Below, piece by piece: positions 1-9,290 of a stretch of 64,000 nt of DNA. Numbering within the stretch: the first letter of the stretch is position 1; each line of letters starts with the position of its first letter. The notes below the pieces were generated by a model. It saw only the letters and a list, made by a program, of their open reading frames with translations. It was not told the DNA's origin and searched no databases. Origin of the DNA: Candidatus Cloacimonadales bacterium. GTDB lineage: Bacteria > Cloacimonadota > Cloacimonadia > Cloacimonadales > JAFGVF01. The DNA lies in contig CAXXJV010000001.1 of NCBI GenBank assembly GCA_963663475.2, positions 864,001 through 928,000 of the forward strand, written 5' to 3'. Made by a program: the position numbers and the translations under genes.

Positions 1-474
1 ATGAATAGATCCATCTCCATGCTTAACTTTTCTCATTAAACCAACAGCATTAATCTCTGACATCTCTTTGATCTTGTAGTTCATCTTTCTTCCTTTAGTT
101 TGATTTTCACAGAACTGCGGTACTAGTTTTGGTGTGTAATTCATCAGCTGATTGTTCTTCTTATATACAAGAGGTGTATCACGAAATTGCTTTTTAAAAG
201 CTCTAATAAAAGATTCTACCGAAATAAAACTATATTTGCCGGCTATTTGCTTTACCTGGTAATTACCCTCAATTAGATCCTTAGCAGCTTCAGATAATCT
301 CCTCTCTCTTACATAACTCTTTAATGTATAGCCTGTAAAAGTATAAAATATTCGCATAAAATGATAGAGAGAAAAACCAACATTATCGGCTATATCTTCC
401 ATCTGAATCTCTTGATATAGATTCCTCTCTATGTAATCAATGCTGTGTTGTATTACTCTATTATAATCAGGCAT
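1..474 (-). CDS. AraC family transcriptional regulator (Rob/GyrI-like effector domain), runs off window start
   Basis: Hand translation from ATG 474: MPDYNRVIQHSIDYIERNLYQEIQMEDIADNVGFSLYHFMRIF...RRLSEAAKDL...ESFIRAFKKQF (AraC double HTH), then MNYKIKEMSEINAVG. Not in the ORF track because it is partial. Confidence 0.9.
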   Translation of the reverse strand, partial: MPDYNRVIQHSIDYIERNLYQEIQMEDIADNVGFSLYHFMRIFYTFTGYTLKSYVRERRLSEAAKDLIEGNYQVKQIAGKYSFISVESFIRAFKKQFRDTPLVYKKNNQLMNYTPKLVPQFCENQTKGRKMNYKIKEMSEINAVGLMRKVKHGDGSIH

Positions 475-508
475 AACTTTCTTTTCCTTTCATTATTGAC
501 TTTTTTTG

Positions 509-537
509 CTTATACACCAGTAAGAGATAAGTGTCAA
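509..537 (-). promoter_or_regulatory. Putative sigma70 promoter for the AraC gene
   Basis: TTGACA-N17-TATAAG on the minus strand. Confidence 0.5.
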
Positions 538-542
538 TTTAT

Positions 543-713
543 TTAACCCAAATAATGCATTAGACCTCTGTGAATAGCAGAATATTCTTCTGCAAAAGTA
601 AGATCCATAATTTCTCCGAATATATAAAATATATGCGTCAAAATTCTGTAAGCTATTTTGCTAAAAGAATCTAGCAATCTTCATCAAAGTTCAAATGCAC
701 TATTTGAGTTTAA
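543..713 (+). mobile_element. Foldback MITE family A, short (~170 bp) form
   Basis: TTAACCCAAATAATGCA...TGCACTATTTGAGTTTAA ends; aligns with the other copies in the window. Confidence 0.85.
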
Positions 714-821
714 CTTATAATTTTACCAAAAAATCTATTGGACTATTTGGGGGAAAAAATGCACTTGACAAATTTCCAGAAAAAACTAATAATAAAAAAA
801 AGAAGAAAATTAGGAGAAGAA

Positions 822-1670
822 ATGAATTTCCAAGATATAATATTAACCTTACAAGGCTACTGGGCTAGTCAAGGCTGCAACATAGTACAACCTTACGATG
901 TTGAGATGGGAGCAGGTACTTTCCATCCAGAAACTTTTTTTGGTTCATTAGCTAGCAAGAGTAAAAGGGTTGCTTATGCCCAGCCATGTCGTCGCCCTAA
1001 GGATGGACGCTATGGTGAGAATCCTAACAGGTTTCAGCATTATTATCAGTTTCAAGTTATTATTAAACCTTCTCCTGACAATATTCAAGCTCTTTATTTA
1101 AAGAGTTTGCAGGCAATAGGTATTGAGATAGAGAAGCATGATATTCGTTTTGTAGAAGATGATTGGGAATCACCAACATTAGGAGCTTGGGGTTTAGGCT
1201 GGGAAGTTTGGTTAGATGGTATGGAGATTAGTCAATTTACTTATTTCCAACAAGTAGGTGGCTTGGATGTATCTCCTATAAGTGTAGAGCTAACTTATGG
1301 GTTAGAGAGACTTGCCATGTACATTCAAGGTGTTGAGGATTATAGAGATTTAAAATACAATGATACTACTACTTATGGTGAGATATTTTTTCAAAGAGAG
1401 TTAGAGTATTCCCACTTTAATTTTGATCAAGCTAATGTTGATATTCTCTTCAAGGCTTTTAATGAATATGAAGCAGAATGTCATAGGTTAGTAGAAAATA
1501 ATTTAGTTTATCCAGCTTATGACTATTTACTGAAGTCTTCTCATTCTTTCAACCTACTTGATGCTAGGGGAGTAATTTCTGTAACAGAAAGGGCAAATTA
1601 TATTGGTAAAATTAGAAGAATGGCTAAAGCATGTGCTGAAAAATATCTTAAGGTGAGCGAGGGGGAATAG
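822..1670 (+). CDS. glyQ: Glycine--tRNA ligase alpha subunit
   Basis: [60 protein letters not shown]. Start moved to ATG 822 behind AGGAG. Confidence 0.98.
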   Translation: MNFQDIILTLQGYWASQGCNIVQPYDVEMGAGTFHPETFFGSLASKSKRVAYAQPCRRPKDGRYGENPNRFQHYYQFQVIIKPSPDNIQALYLKSLQAIGIEIEKHDIRFVEDDWESPTLGAWGLGWEVWLDGMEISQFTYFQQVGGLDVSPISVELTYGLERLAMYIQGVEDYRDLKYNDTTTYGEIFFQRELEYSHFNFDQANVDILFKAFNEYEAECHRLVENNLVYPAYDYLLKSSHSFNLLDARGVISVTERANYIGKIRRMAKACAEKYLKVSEGE

Positions 1671-2450
1671 ATGCTAAATGCTCTTTTTGAAATGCGTTAT
1701 ACAAGTCCCATAATTGCTACTGCAATTCATAATGGTCATTATATTAGACCAGAACTCAAAGATAACTTAATAATAAGTGATGAAGATAGAAAAAGGGAAG
1801 AGGATCCTTATACAAACTCCATAATTAGGTCATATGATAACAGGATTGTTGTTAATACTTCCAGGTTTGAAGTTGAATTGAACAGGAACAGGGATAGGGC
1901 AATCTACAAAACTCCAGATGATTGTTGGGGACTGGAAGTTTGGAAAAGGGATTTAACTCAGGAAGAAATTGATCAATCTCTTGCCGAATATGATAGTTTT
2001 TATAGGAGATTGGATTCTGCTATAAGTGAGACTATTAGGTCTTTTGGTTATGCTATTGTTTTAGATGTACATTCTTATAATCATCATCGTTTAGGTATAG
2101 GTCAGCCCTATGATAGCCCAGAGGATAATCCGCAGATTATTTTAGGTACAAACAATATGCCTAGAAGATATATGGAATCTATTTATAAGATTCAAAAGAA
2201 GTTTCAGGAAAACATTTATGAAGGTAGAAAATTAGATTGTAGAATCGATATTAAGTATCCTGGTGGAACAATGTCTCGTCATTTACATAGAGAGTTTCCA
2301 GACAAGGTCTTTTCTCTAGCTATTGAGTTTAAGAAGACTTTTATGAATGAGTGGACAGGTGAACTATATAGAGATAAGATGGAGGATTTGATTACCGCTT
2401 TACAGTCTATAAGTCCACTGTTAAACAAGGATTTATTAATTGAAGATTAG
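1671..2450 (+). CDS. N-formylglutamate amidohydrolase family protein
   Basis: TAIHNGH, REEDPYT, SRFEVELNR, LDVHSYN, AIEFKK motifs. Confidence 0.85.
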   Translation: MLNALFEMRYTSPIIATAIHNGHYIRPELKDNLIISDEDRKREEDPYTNSIIRSYDNRIVVNTSRFEVELNRNRDRAIYKTPDDCWGLEVWKRDLTQEEIDQSLAEYDSFYRRLDSAISETIRSFGYAIVLDVHSYNHHRLGIGQPYDSPEDNPQIILGTNNMPRRYMESIYKIQKKFQENIYEGRKLDCRIDIKYPGGTMSRHLHREFPDKVFSLAIEFKKTFMNEWTGELYRDKMEDLITALQSISPLLNKDLLIED

Positions 2451-2468
2451 TAGATTTTTGGTGTAAAT

Positions 2469-3998
2469 GTGAGAAAAATAGGGCTACTTTTTGCTTTAGT
2501 TTTACTGGTAAATGTAAGTGAAGCTAAGGGAAAGAGTGTCTATTTTCTCTTGCACGGACTCTACAGCTCAAGTTATCATTGGCATGATTTATTAGAATCA
2601 GATGATTTTGCCAATAGTGAGTTTTTTTATGCAGGTAATATTAGGGTAAATGAAGGTCTTTTTTCTGATGAGAAGTTTATCATTACCCCTGAATTTGATG
2701 AAGAGATATCTGAGTTAGTGGAGCGAGATAATAGTGTATTTACTATTAATTTTGCCTCTGGTTTTCAGCATGATTTTAAGCAACAAGCCTTACAGATAAA
2801 GCAGGTATTAGAACTTTTTCCAGATCAAGCTTATGAATATTATTTAGTAGGACATTCAATGGGTGGTTTGGCTGCTAGGTGTTATCTGACTAGTTATTTA
2901 AATAGGAAGGTTAGAGGTTTAGTAACTGTTGGGACTCCAAATTTAGGTTCATACTTAGGAAATTCAGATACTTCCTTAACCGCCTTTTTAGGAGTAATGA
3001 CTGGAGTATTTACCAGGCCAGATAATTTAATTACAGGAATTGCTAGGCTATGGAAGGAAGACAGACGGAATGTCACTCCTGCTTTAGCTCCAGGATCTCC
3101 TGAACTTACAGAATTGAATGCTAAATACTTTCCTCAAGATGTTAAGACTCTCTGTCTTTTTTCTACTATAAATTCTCCTGAAGAAATTAAGGCACTGTCA
3201 AGAGATGAGCAGTTTGTTCACCAAGTTTTACAGATGGAGAAACTAAAATCTTTTCAATCAACTAACCCTAAGGACAAGGAAATTACCAGTCTCTATAATG
3301 ATCTTTATTATAATGATGGATTAGTTTCCATAGCTTCACAGAATATTACTAATGCCATTCCTAATAACTATGCAATTGAAGCCCATCATATGCCTACCAG
3401 AGTCTATCATGATAATGAACCTAAAGATGTTGAACATTTACTGCCTGCCATGCGACTAATCAAGGAAGATAAGTCTAAAAGGATATATAATCTGTTTATT
3501 TATTCTACTAGTAAAGAGATTATTAAAGAAGATTATTTCTTGTCTATTAGTAAATCATTCTTCAGAACAAGTTCTTATGATGCCAGTTTAGTAGTTGATT
3601 ATCAAGACAGCTTACAAGTGGTTCATCTTAGTAAATATCCACCAATATTTGATTATGGTATTTTTCTGATAAACAAGACAGATAAATTAAATGAAATAAA
3701 CAGTAAGATAGATTCAACTTGGATTTTTCCCATAATTGTAGATTTTTCTGTTAATAACAATATTAAGGGCTTTCTTGATAAAGATTGTATCTATATTAAA
3801 ATTATTTCAATTGAAGAGGCAGAATGTTTTTTCAAGTTTTTAGGGGATATTTTAAGTGGTAAAGTTCATGTCAAAGAGGGAGAATTAGAAAAAGTAAAAG
3901 AACAGATAGTTCGTTATTATTTCATAAGTTCAAATATGACTGAAAGATTAAAGATACCTGATTATTGGTGGGAAGCTAATCTTAAGTTTTTCCAATAA
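2469..3998 (+). CDS. Secreted alpha/beta hydrolase (lipase/PGAP1-like)
   Basis: Signal peptide, LLHGL oxyanion motif, GHSMGG nucleophile elbow, GTPNLGS, NDGLV. Confidence 0.8.
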   Translation: MRKIGLLFALVLLVNVSEAKGKSVYFLLHGLYSSSYHWHDLLESDDFANSEFFYAGNIRVNEGLFSDEKFIITPEFDEEISELVERDNSVFTINFASGFQHDFKQQALQIKQVLELFPDQAYEYYLVGHSMGGLAARCYLTSYLNRKVRGLVTVGTPNLGSYLGNSDTSLTAFLGVMTGVFTRPDNLITGIARLWKEDRRNVTPALAPGSPELTELNAKYFPQDVKTLCLFSTINSPEEIKALSRDEQFVHQVLQMEKLKSFQSTNPKDKEITSLYNDLYYNDGLVSIASQNITNAIPNNYAIEAHHMPTRVYHDNEPKDVEHLLPAMRLIKEDKSKRIYNLFIYSTSKEIIKEDYFLSISKSFFRTSSYDASLVVDYQDSLQVVHLSKYPPIFDYGIFLINKTDKLNEINSKIDSTWIFPIIVDFSVNNNIKGFLDKDCIYIKIISIEEAECFFKFLGDILSGKVHVKEGELEKVKEQIVRYYFISSNMTERLKIPDYWWEANLKFFQ

Positions 3999-4555
3999 GC
4001 AATAAGTTGGGGGATAATTTTGTGGGGAACAAGGTGGGAGATATCTGAATGTCTTTCTAATCTCTGTCTAATTTCTGTTGAAGATATATCATAAGGTGTA
4101 ATAGTAAGAATATTAAATCTACTATCAATTTGATGATTAGCTTGGTCAGGACTATTCCTAGAAACAACAGTAAAATTAGTATTATTTAGTAACCATTCAG
4201 CTTCATACCACTTTGCAAAATTAAGAGCATTATCATAACCAATTACGAAAGTAAAGTCTTTATTAGGATAAGCAGATTTAAGTCTTTTAATTAGATGAAA
4301 AGTATAACTGATTCCATAATCAGGACAATCTAAATTGCTAATAGACAAGTTAGGGTAGTCAGCAATAGCTGATTCAATTAAGGTAAATCTTTGCTTATAG
4401 GGTAAAACAAGAGGAGTGTTTTTAAGGGGGTGTTGACCATTAGGTATGAAGATAACTTCTTGAGCTACTTCTTGTTTTATGATTTCTTGAGCAATATAAA
4501 GATGCCCATTATGGATGGGGTTAAAAGCCCCACCCAGAATAGCAAAGTCATACAT
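3962..4555 (-). CDS. nadD: Nicotinate-nucleotide adenylyltransferase
   Basis: GGAFNPIHNGH, SYT, IGYDN, ISSTEIR. Confidence 0.95.
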   Translation of the reverse strand: MYDFAILGGAFNPIHNGHLYIAQEIIKQEVAQEVIFIPNGQHPLKNTPLVLPYKQRFTLIESAIADYPNLSISNLDCPDYGISYTFHLIKRLKSAYPNKDFTFVIGYDNALNFAKWYEAEWLLNNTNFTVVSRNSPDQANHQIDSRFNILTITPYDISSTEIRQRLERHSDISHLVPHKIIPQLIAYWKNLRLASHQ

Positions 4556-5277
4556 TAATCTAATTTCTTGATTATTTTTTTTGTTAGTTTTTCATCTGGA
4601 TAGGAAAGTCTAAGATATTCTTTGAAAGAGTTAGCTCTTTCCATATTTCCTTGTTCACGATAGATTAAAGCACTATAATAAGCGCTTTTTAAGTCTAGTT
4701 GGCTTTTAGAACCTGTAGCTAAAACTTCGGAAAAATAGAGAAGGGCAGCAGGATAATCAGATAACATATAATAAGTGTAGCCATTAAGGTAAGTTTTTTC
4801 TAATAGCTTTAATTCTGCTTGTTTAATAATTTCAATAGCTTCACTTCTGTATTTACCTGTAGGATATCTAGTCAAATATTCTTCTAAAGATGCAATAGCT
4901 GCATTAGTTTCTTCTTGAGTATAGCTAGCTGGTTCAGATGTTTTCCAAAAACATTCACCAATTCTGAAATAGGCTATTTCAAGCTGTTCCATATTAGATG
5001 AGTAGCGCATTAAGAATTGATATTCAAGTCTAGCATTTTCATACTGACCCATTAAGTAGTAACTTTCAGCAAGATTAGCTTGAGCCTTGGTAGTAATATC
5101 AGATGTTTTGAAGCTAACAATAGATTCATAGATAGGAATAGCTTTACGGTATTTTCCTTCTTGGAAATATTGGTTGGCTATTTTAAACCTTTCAGTTTCA
5201 GATTTGTTTTCATGAAGGTTGTTACTACAGGCCATTAGTAAGCCAACAAGTAAGATTAGTATAAGTGTTTTTTTCAT
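4555..5277 (-). CDS. bamD: Outer membrane protein assembly factor BamD (TPR lipoprotein)
   Basis: Lipobox LMAC, TPRs, YTQEETNAAI..EEYLTRYP. Confidence 0.85.
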   Translation of the reverse strand: MKKTLILILLVGLLMACSNNLHENKSETERFKIANQYFQEGKYRKAIPIYESIVSFKTSDITTKAQANLAESYYLMGQYENARLEYQFLMRYSSNMEQLEIAYFRIGECFWKTSEPASYTQEETNAAIASLEEYLTRYPTGKYRSEAIEIIKQAELKLLEKTYLNGYTYYMLSDYPAALLYFSEVLATGSKSQLDLKSAYYSALIYREQGNMERANSFKEYLRLSYPDEKLTKKIIKKLD

Positions 5278-5307
5278 TTTATCCTCTGTTCAGTATATAA
5301 TTAATAT

Positions 5308-5799
5308 TTATTCGATAGACCATAAAGAGTAAACTAGAGTTCCTGTGATTAGGGAAATTAAGACAGGTTTCCACAAGGTAATCGTTCCATCCTTAAGAGT
5401 CTCTTCTTTATTAATAGTATAGTTAATATGTTTTTCAATTTTTGATGTAGTATTATCTGTAATGATAGCTTGAGCATGGTAGTTTTCAACTTGAATTTGG
5501 CGGGAAAAGATAAGAGAGTGCTTTGTCTTATAAGAAATATCACTTGTCAGACTTACTTGAATAGATTTGCTAGCTAGCTGGGGATTAGTTCTCAAATCAG
5601 TGCCTAAAGCTATTAATCTTTCTTGGATATAAGACTTTAGTTTAGGGTTATCAGAATTAATTAAGTAATAGCTATCCTGTAACTTAATTTCGGTTTGCAG
5701 GTGCTGGAAAAGAGAGTCAGCAACTTCATGATTGAAGCTTGGTATTGCCAGAATAAAACTAGAGTAGATTAGTAGGAGAATAGTGATAATTCTTTTCAT
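5308..5799 (-). CDS. Hypothetical exported protein with C-terminal TM
   Basis: Signal peptide plus hydrophobic C-terminus; in an operon. Confidence 0.7.
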   Translation of the reverse strand: MKRIITILLLIYSSFILAIPSFNHEVADSLFQHLQTEIKLQDSYYLINSDNPKLKSYIQERLIALGTDLRTNPQLASKSIQVSLTSDISYKTKHSLIFSRQIQVENYHAQAIITDNTTSKIEKHINYTINKEETLKDGTITLWKPVLISLITGTLVYSLWSIE

Positions 5800-6515
5800 T
5801 AATTTAAGTCCTTAATTAAAGATTTTACTTTGTTAATTCTGATATAGTTGGGATTCTTATGTAAAATAGCTTGGGCTTGTCTAAGAGATAAGTCATAATT
5901 ACCCAATATTTTATTGATAAGGGCAATTTTAAAAAGACTATCAATAGCTTTTTCAGGGTTAGTTTTATCTTGAGAAATTAAGGTAAATTTATCAATGGCA
6001 GCTTGATACTTTTCTTGATCATAGTCAATTTCAGCTAGCCAATATTTACTATTTATGGCAAGCTCATGGCTAGGGTAGGCTATAATAAAGTCATTAAACA
6101 AGTCTTTAGCATTATTAAGTTGATTAGCAAGGTAAAGTTTACGAGCTTGGGCATAAAGGTCTTGTGGTCCTTTACTTTTAACTTGGGGTGAAGGACTTGA
6201 AACTGGGGGAGTTTTTATCCCTTGTAGGGCATTTATATTTCTAGTATTATTTGAAATAATATCAAGCATGGTATCGATTCTATCAGAATAAAAAGAGATT
6301 TGTTGGTCCATTAAGTCAAGCTTGTTTTCTAAGAAAATACTATTTGCTTCTAATTCACTATATTTTTCTTGGAAGAGTGAGTCTTGTTGAGCAAGACTAG
6401 TAGTTAATGAATCAATCATAGCATTTAACCTAGTAATTTGCTGATCATCCTGCTTATTGTGAGAGCAGGCAGAAATGAATAATAATGAGCAGAATAAGTA
6501 GATATATTTTTTCAT
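5799..6515 (-). CDS. cpoB: CpoB/YbgF-like Tol-Pal TPR lipoprotein
   Basis: Start MKKYIY (6515), lipobox ISAC, coiled coil, then LY..A...FIIAYPSHELAINSKYWLAE TPR. Confidence 0.75.
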   Translation of the reverse strand: MKKYIYLFCSLLFISACSHNKQDDQQITRLNAMIDSLTTSLAQQDSLFQEKYSELEANSIFLENKLDLMDQQISFYSDRIDTMLDIISNNTRNINALQGIKTPPVSSPSPQVKSKGPQDLYAQARKLYLANQLNNAKDLFNDFIIAYPSHELAINSKYWLAEIDYDQEKYQAAIDKFTLISQDKTNPEKAIDSLFKIALINKILGNYDLSLRQAQAILHKNPNYIRINKVKSLIKDLN

Positions 6516-6523
6516 ATAATTAA

Positions 6524-6556
6524 TAAAATGAGGTGGTAATGAAAGCACTACCACCT
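6524..6556 (-). terminator. Stem-loop downstream of the aminopeptidase gene
   Basis: AGGTGGTAGTG-CTTT-CATTACCACCT with a short T tail. Confidence 0.5.
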
Positions 6557-6571
6557 GCATTATTTATCATA

Positions 6572-7978
6572 TTATGCTTTGAGCATAAATGCTTTATATC
6601 CTTTATAAGTACTGAAGAGATCAGCTTTGCTAACTACTTCATAAAGAGAGTGCATTCCTAAAAGACTAGGACCGCAATCAATTACTTCAGCACCAAATTC
6701 AGCTAAGAATTTAGCAATAGTTCCTCCGCCACCTTCATCAACTTTACCAAGGGTTCCTGTTTGCCAAATGACTTTAGCTTCATTGAAGATTTTAATAACT
6801 TCAGCATTGAATTCAGCATTTGCATCATTAGAACCACCTTTACCACCAGCACCTGTATATTTAAGAAGGGTAACACCTTGACCTAAGACAGGAGCATTCA
6901 TTTTTTCATGAACGCTTGGATAATTAGGATTCATAGGAGCATTAACATCAGCAGATAAAACTTTTGTTTTCATAAGAGTTTTTCTGAGATTATAAGAACC
7001 ACAATCTTCACCATTTTGCTTTAAAACATCACCGATGAAATCTGAAATAAAGATAGATTTAGCACCAGTATTACTATCAGAACCAACTTCTTCTTTGTCA
7101 CTGAAATAAACAATTGAAGTTCTTTCAAGATCTTTAGGATCTAAATCAAGAAGAGCTTTTAAACCAGTGTAAGCACAAATTCTATCATCTTGTCCATAAC
7201 CCATAACCATGGATCTATCTAAGCCCATTTCACGTGCCTTTCCTGCTGGAACTAATTCTAATTCTGCAGAAAGGAAATCTTCTTCTGTAACACCATATTT
7301 CTCATTAAGAAGCTCTAAAACATGGTACTTAATTGCTTCTTTTTGATCTTTATCTTCAACAGGAATTGAAGCCATTACTAAGTTTAAATTATCTGCTGAT
7401 ATTGCTTCGCCAATTTTCTTGCCAGATTGAACTTTTCTAGCTAAGTGAGGAAGTAAATCAGGAATGATGAAAACAGGATCATTATCATCTTCACCGATAG
7501 AAACATTAACTACTTTTCCTGCTTTATCAACGAAGATACCGTGAATAGCTAGAGGAGTAGAAACCCACTGGTATTTCTTGATTCCACCATAATAGTGGGT
7601 ACGAGCCATACCTAAAGCACAGGCAGCATCTTCATAAAGTGGATTTTGTTTTAAGTCTATTCTAGGTGCATCAATATGGGCAGCAATAAGATTTACACCA
7701 TCAGATACTGGTTTTTTGCCAATGATAGCAAAAGCTAAAGTCTTATTACGGAAGATTGAGTAAACTTTTTTACTTGTTTTGTTTGCTAAAACTTCTTTAA
7801 AGCCACTAGCTTTAAGAGCTGCTTCTGTATAAGCAACAGTTTCGCGAACGTTTTTACATTGGTTTAAGAAATCGATATAATCTTTGGAAAATTCATGAGC
7901 TGCTTTGATATCTTTCTTATCAGCTTCTTTCCAAAAGTTTTTACGATTATAAGTAAGAACTTTTTTCTCTTTTTTCAT
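6572..7978 (-). CDS. M18 family aminopeptidase (ApeA-like)
   Basis: AHIDAPRIDLK, THYYGGIKKYQW, GQDDR, DKEEVGS, GGGGTI, MHS. Confidence 0.95.
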   Translation of the reverse strand: MKKEKKVLTYNRKNFWKEADKKDIKAAHEFSKDYIDFLNQCKNVRETVAYTEAALKASGFKEVLANKTSKKVYSIFRNKTLAFAIIGKKPVSDGVNLIAAHIDAPRIDLKQNPLYEDAACALGMARTHYYGGIKKYQWVSTPLAIHGIFVDKAGKVVNVSIGEDDNDPVFIIPDLLPHLARKVQSGKKIGEAISADNLNLVMASIPVEDKDQKEAIKYHVLELLNEKYGVTEEDFLSAELELVPAGKAREMGLDRSMVMGYGQDDRICAYTGLKALLDLDPKDLERTSIVYFSDKEEVGSDSNTGAKSIFISDFIGDVLKQNGEDCGSYNLRKTLMKTKVLSADVNAPMNPNYPSVHEKMNAPVLGQGVTLLKYTGAGGKGGSNDANAEFNAEVIKIFNEAKVIWQTGTLGKVDEGGGGTIAKFLAEFGAEVIDCGPSLLGMHSLYEVVSKADLFSTYKGYKAFMLKA

Positions 7979-7991
7979 ATTTACCTCATTA

Positions 7992-8459
7992 TTATTTTAT
8001 TGATAAAATCTTAAATTTTCTTTCACCCTTAGGGGCCTTAACAACAGCAATATCATTTACAGATTTGCCAATAAAGCCTTTGCCAATTGGTGATTCTATT
8101 GATATTTTAGTGAAATCATTTTCAGGAAAGTTGACTTCTGCGCTACCTACTAAATAATAATTAATAATTTCATCTGAGCCAACTTCTTGTGCTTCAACTA
8201 TAGCTCCAAATCTAACTTTATCCTTGGCAATATTAGCTGGGTCTAGAACTTTTAACTTAGCACTAATGAGTTTAAGCTTAGTTACTTCATTATCAATCTG
8301 TCTTTGTCTCTCTTTTGCTGACTTATATTCAGCATTTTCACTTAAATCTCCCATTTCACGAGCAATAGCAATAGCTTTTAAAATACTTGGTCGTTCTGTG
8401 AGAAGGTCGTTTATTCTTTTTTGAATTTGTTGCATTCCATAAGGAGTTATATAGCTCAT
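7992..8459 (-). CDS. greA: Transcription elongation factor GreA
   Basis: AREMGDLSENAEY, ISIESPIGK. Confidence 0.95.
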   Translation of the reverse strand: MSYITPYGMQQIQKRINDLLTERPSILKAIAIAREMGDLSENAEYKSAKERQRQIDNEVTKLKLISAKLKVLDPANIAKDKVRFGAIVEAQEVGSDEIINYYLVGSAEVNFPENDFTKISIESPIGKGFIGKSVNDIAVVKAPKGERKFKILSIK

Positions 8460-9277
8460 TATTTTCCTCTATTTTTCAGTCTCATTAAATGTCTATGGCC
8501 TGAAATGGCAGATTTTTTTAATCTTGCATTTCCGCTTTTAGTCCACTCTTCTAGGATTTTCTCAAGGCTAGGATGGTAAAAATTAATTGATCCAGTAAGG
8601 ATTTCTACCACATTAGGATCTCTACTATTATCGTAGAAATCGAAAGTATCAAGGTAGAGTTCTTTATCAATTTTTGCAACTTCTTTGAAGAAGTTTGATA
8701 GTCCTTTGAGTAGTTCTTGGGGAGCATAAGCCCATTTATTCTCTAGGTGCCTTAGGACCTGTTTTGTGTAGTCATTTTTTGCTTTACACAATTTAGTAAG
8801 TGTTTTTAAGGCAAGGATTTCAAGATCAAGCTGACCACTATTTGTCCATTGATAAGCAGTTGTTAGGTACTTATCAGGATATTTTTTTAATAATGGCAGG
8901 AAGATTTTATCAACAATAAGGGCTAGTTCATGTTGGTCATTAGCGTTATCTAAGAATTCTAGCATTTTAGCATAGTAGATTTCTTTATTTTTTGCATAAA
9001 TTTTGTTTAAGATAATAGAAACAATAAACTTCCCGTTATACTGGCCTTGGTACCAGAGATAGTCATAGAAATCCATATAGAGATCGTGTTTTTTTTCAAT
9101 GTTTTTTGCTATTTCTTTAGCGACTAATGTAAGTACTTCATTAGGGATATTGTGCCCTTCCCTAGCAGGGTAAGCATTGTAAATTATATCGACACAATAA
9201 TCTTTTTTATCTAATTTATTTTTACAGAAGTCATCAGCATCTTTAATTAATCTTTCTTTCCAATCTAATGATATCAT
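8459..9277 (-). CDS. HEAT/ARM-repeat protein (DNA alkylation repair enzyme-like)
   Basis: All-helical, W-x3-G/N repeat pattern; weak family resemblance only. Confidence 0.5.
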   Translation of the reverse strand: MISLDWKERLIKDADDFCKNKLDKKDYCVDIIYNAYPAREGHNIPNEVLTLVAKEIAKNIEKKHDLYMDFYDYLWYQGQYNGKFIVSIILNKIYAKNKEIYYAKMLEFLDNANDQHELALIVDKIFLPLLKKYPDKYLTTAYQWTNSGQLDLEILALKTLTKLCKAKNDYTKQVLRHLENKWAYAPQELLKGLSNFFKEVAKIDKELYLDTFDFYDNSRDPNVVEILTGSINFYHPSLEKILEEWTKSGNARLKKSAISGHRHLMRLKNRGK

Positions 9278-9290
9278 TTAATCTCCTATT

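Noticed and set aside
738-821. N-terminal extensions given by the ORF track (glyQ 738, cpoB 6560, lepA 20766, rplE 62916, rpsJ 57269)
   Set aside because: Downstream starts match family N-termini and mostly have SD sequences; the extensions overlap promoters, a stem-loop or the upstream gene.
822-1670. glyQ without adjacent glyS, and a possible T-box
   Set aside because: Split glyQ/glyS is common; the upstream region is a MITE plus a short leader with no T-box motif.
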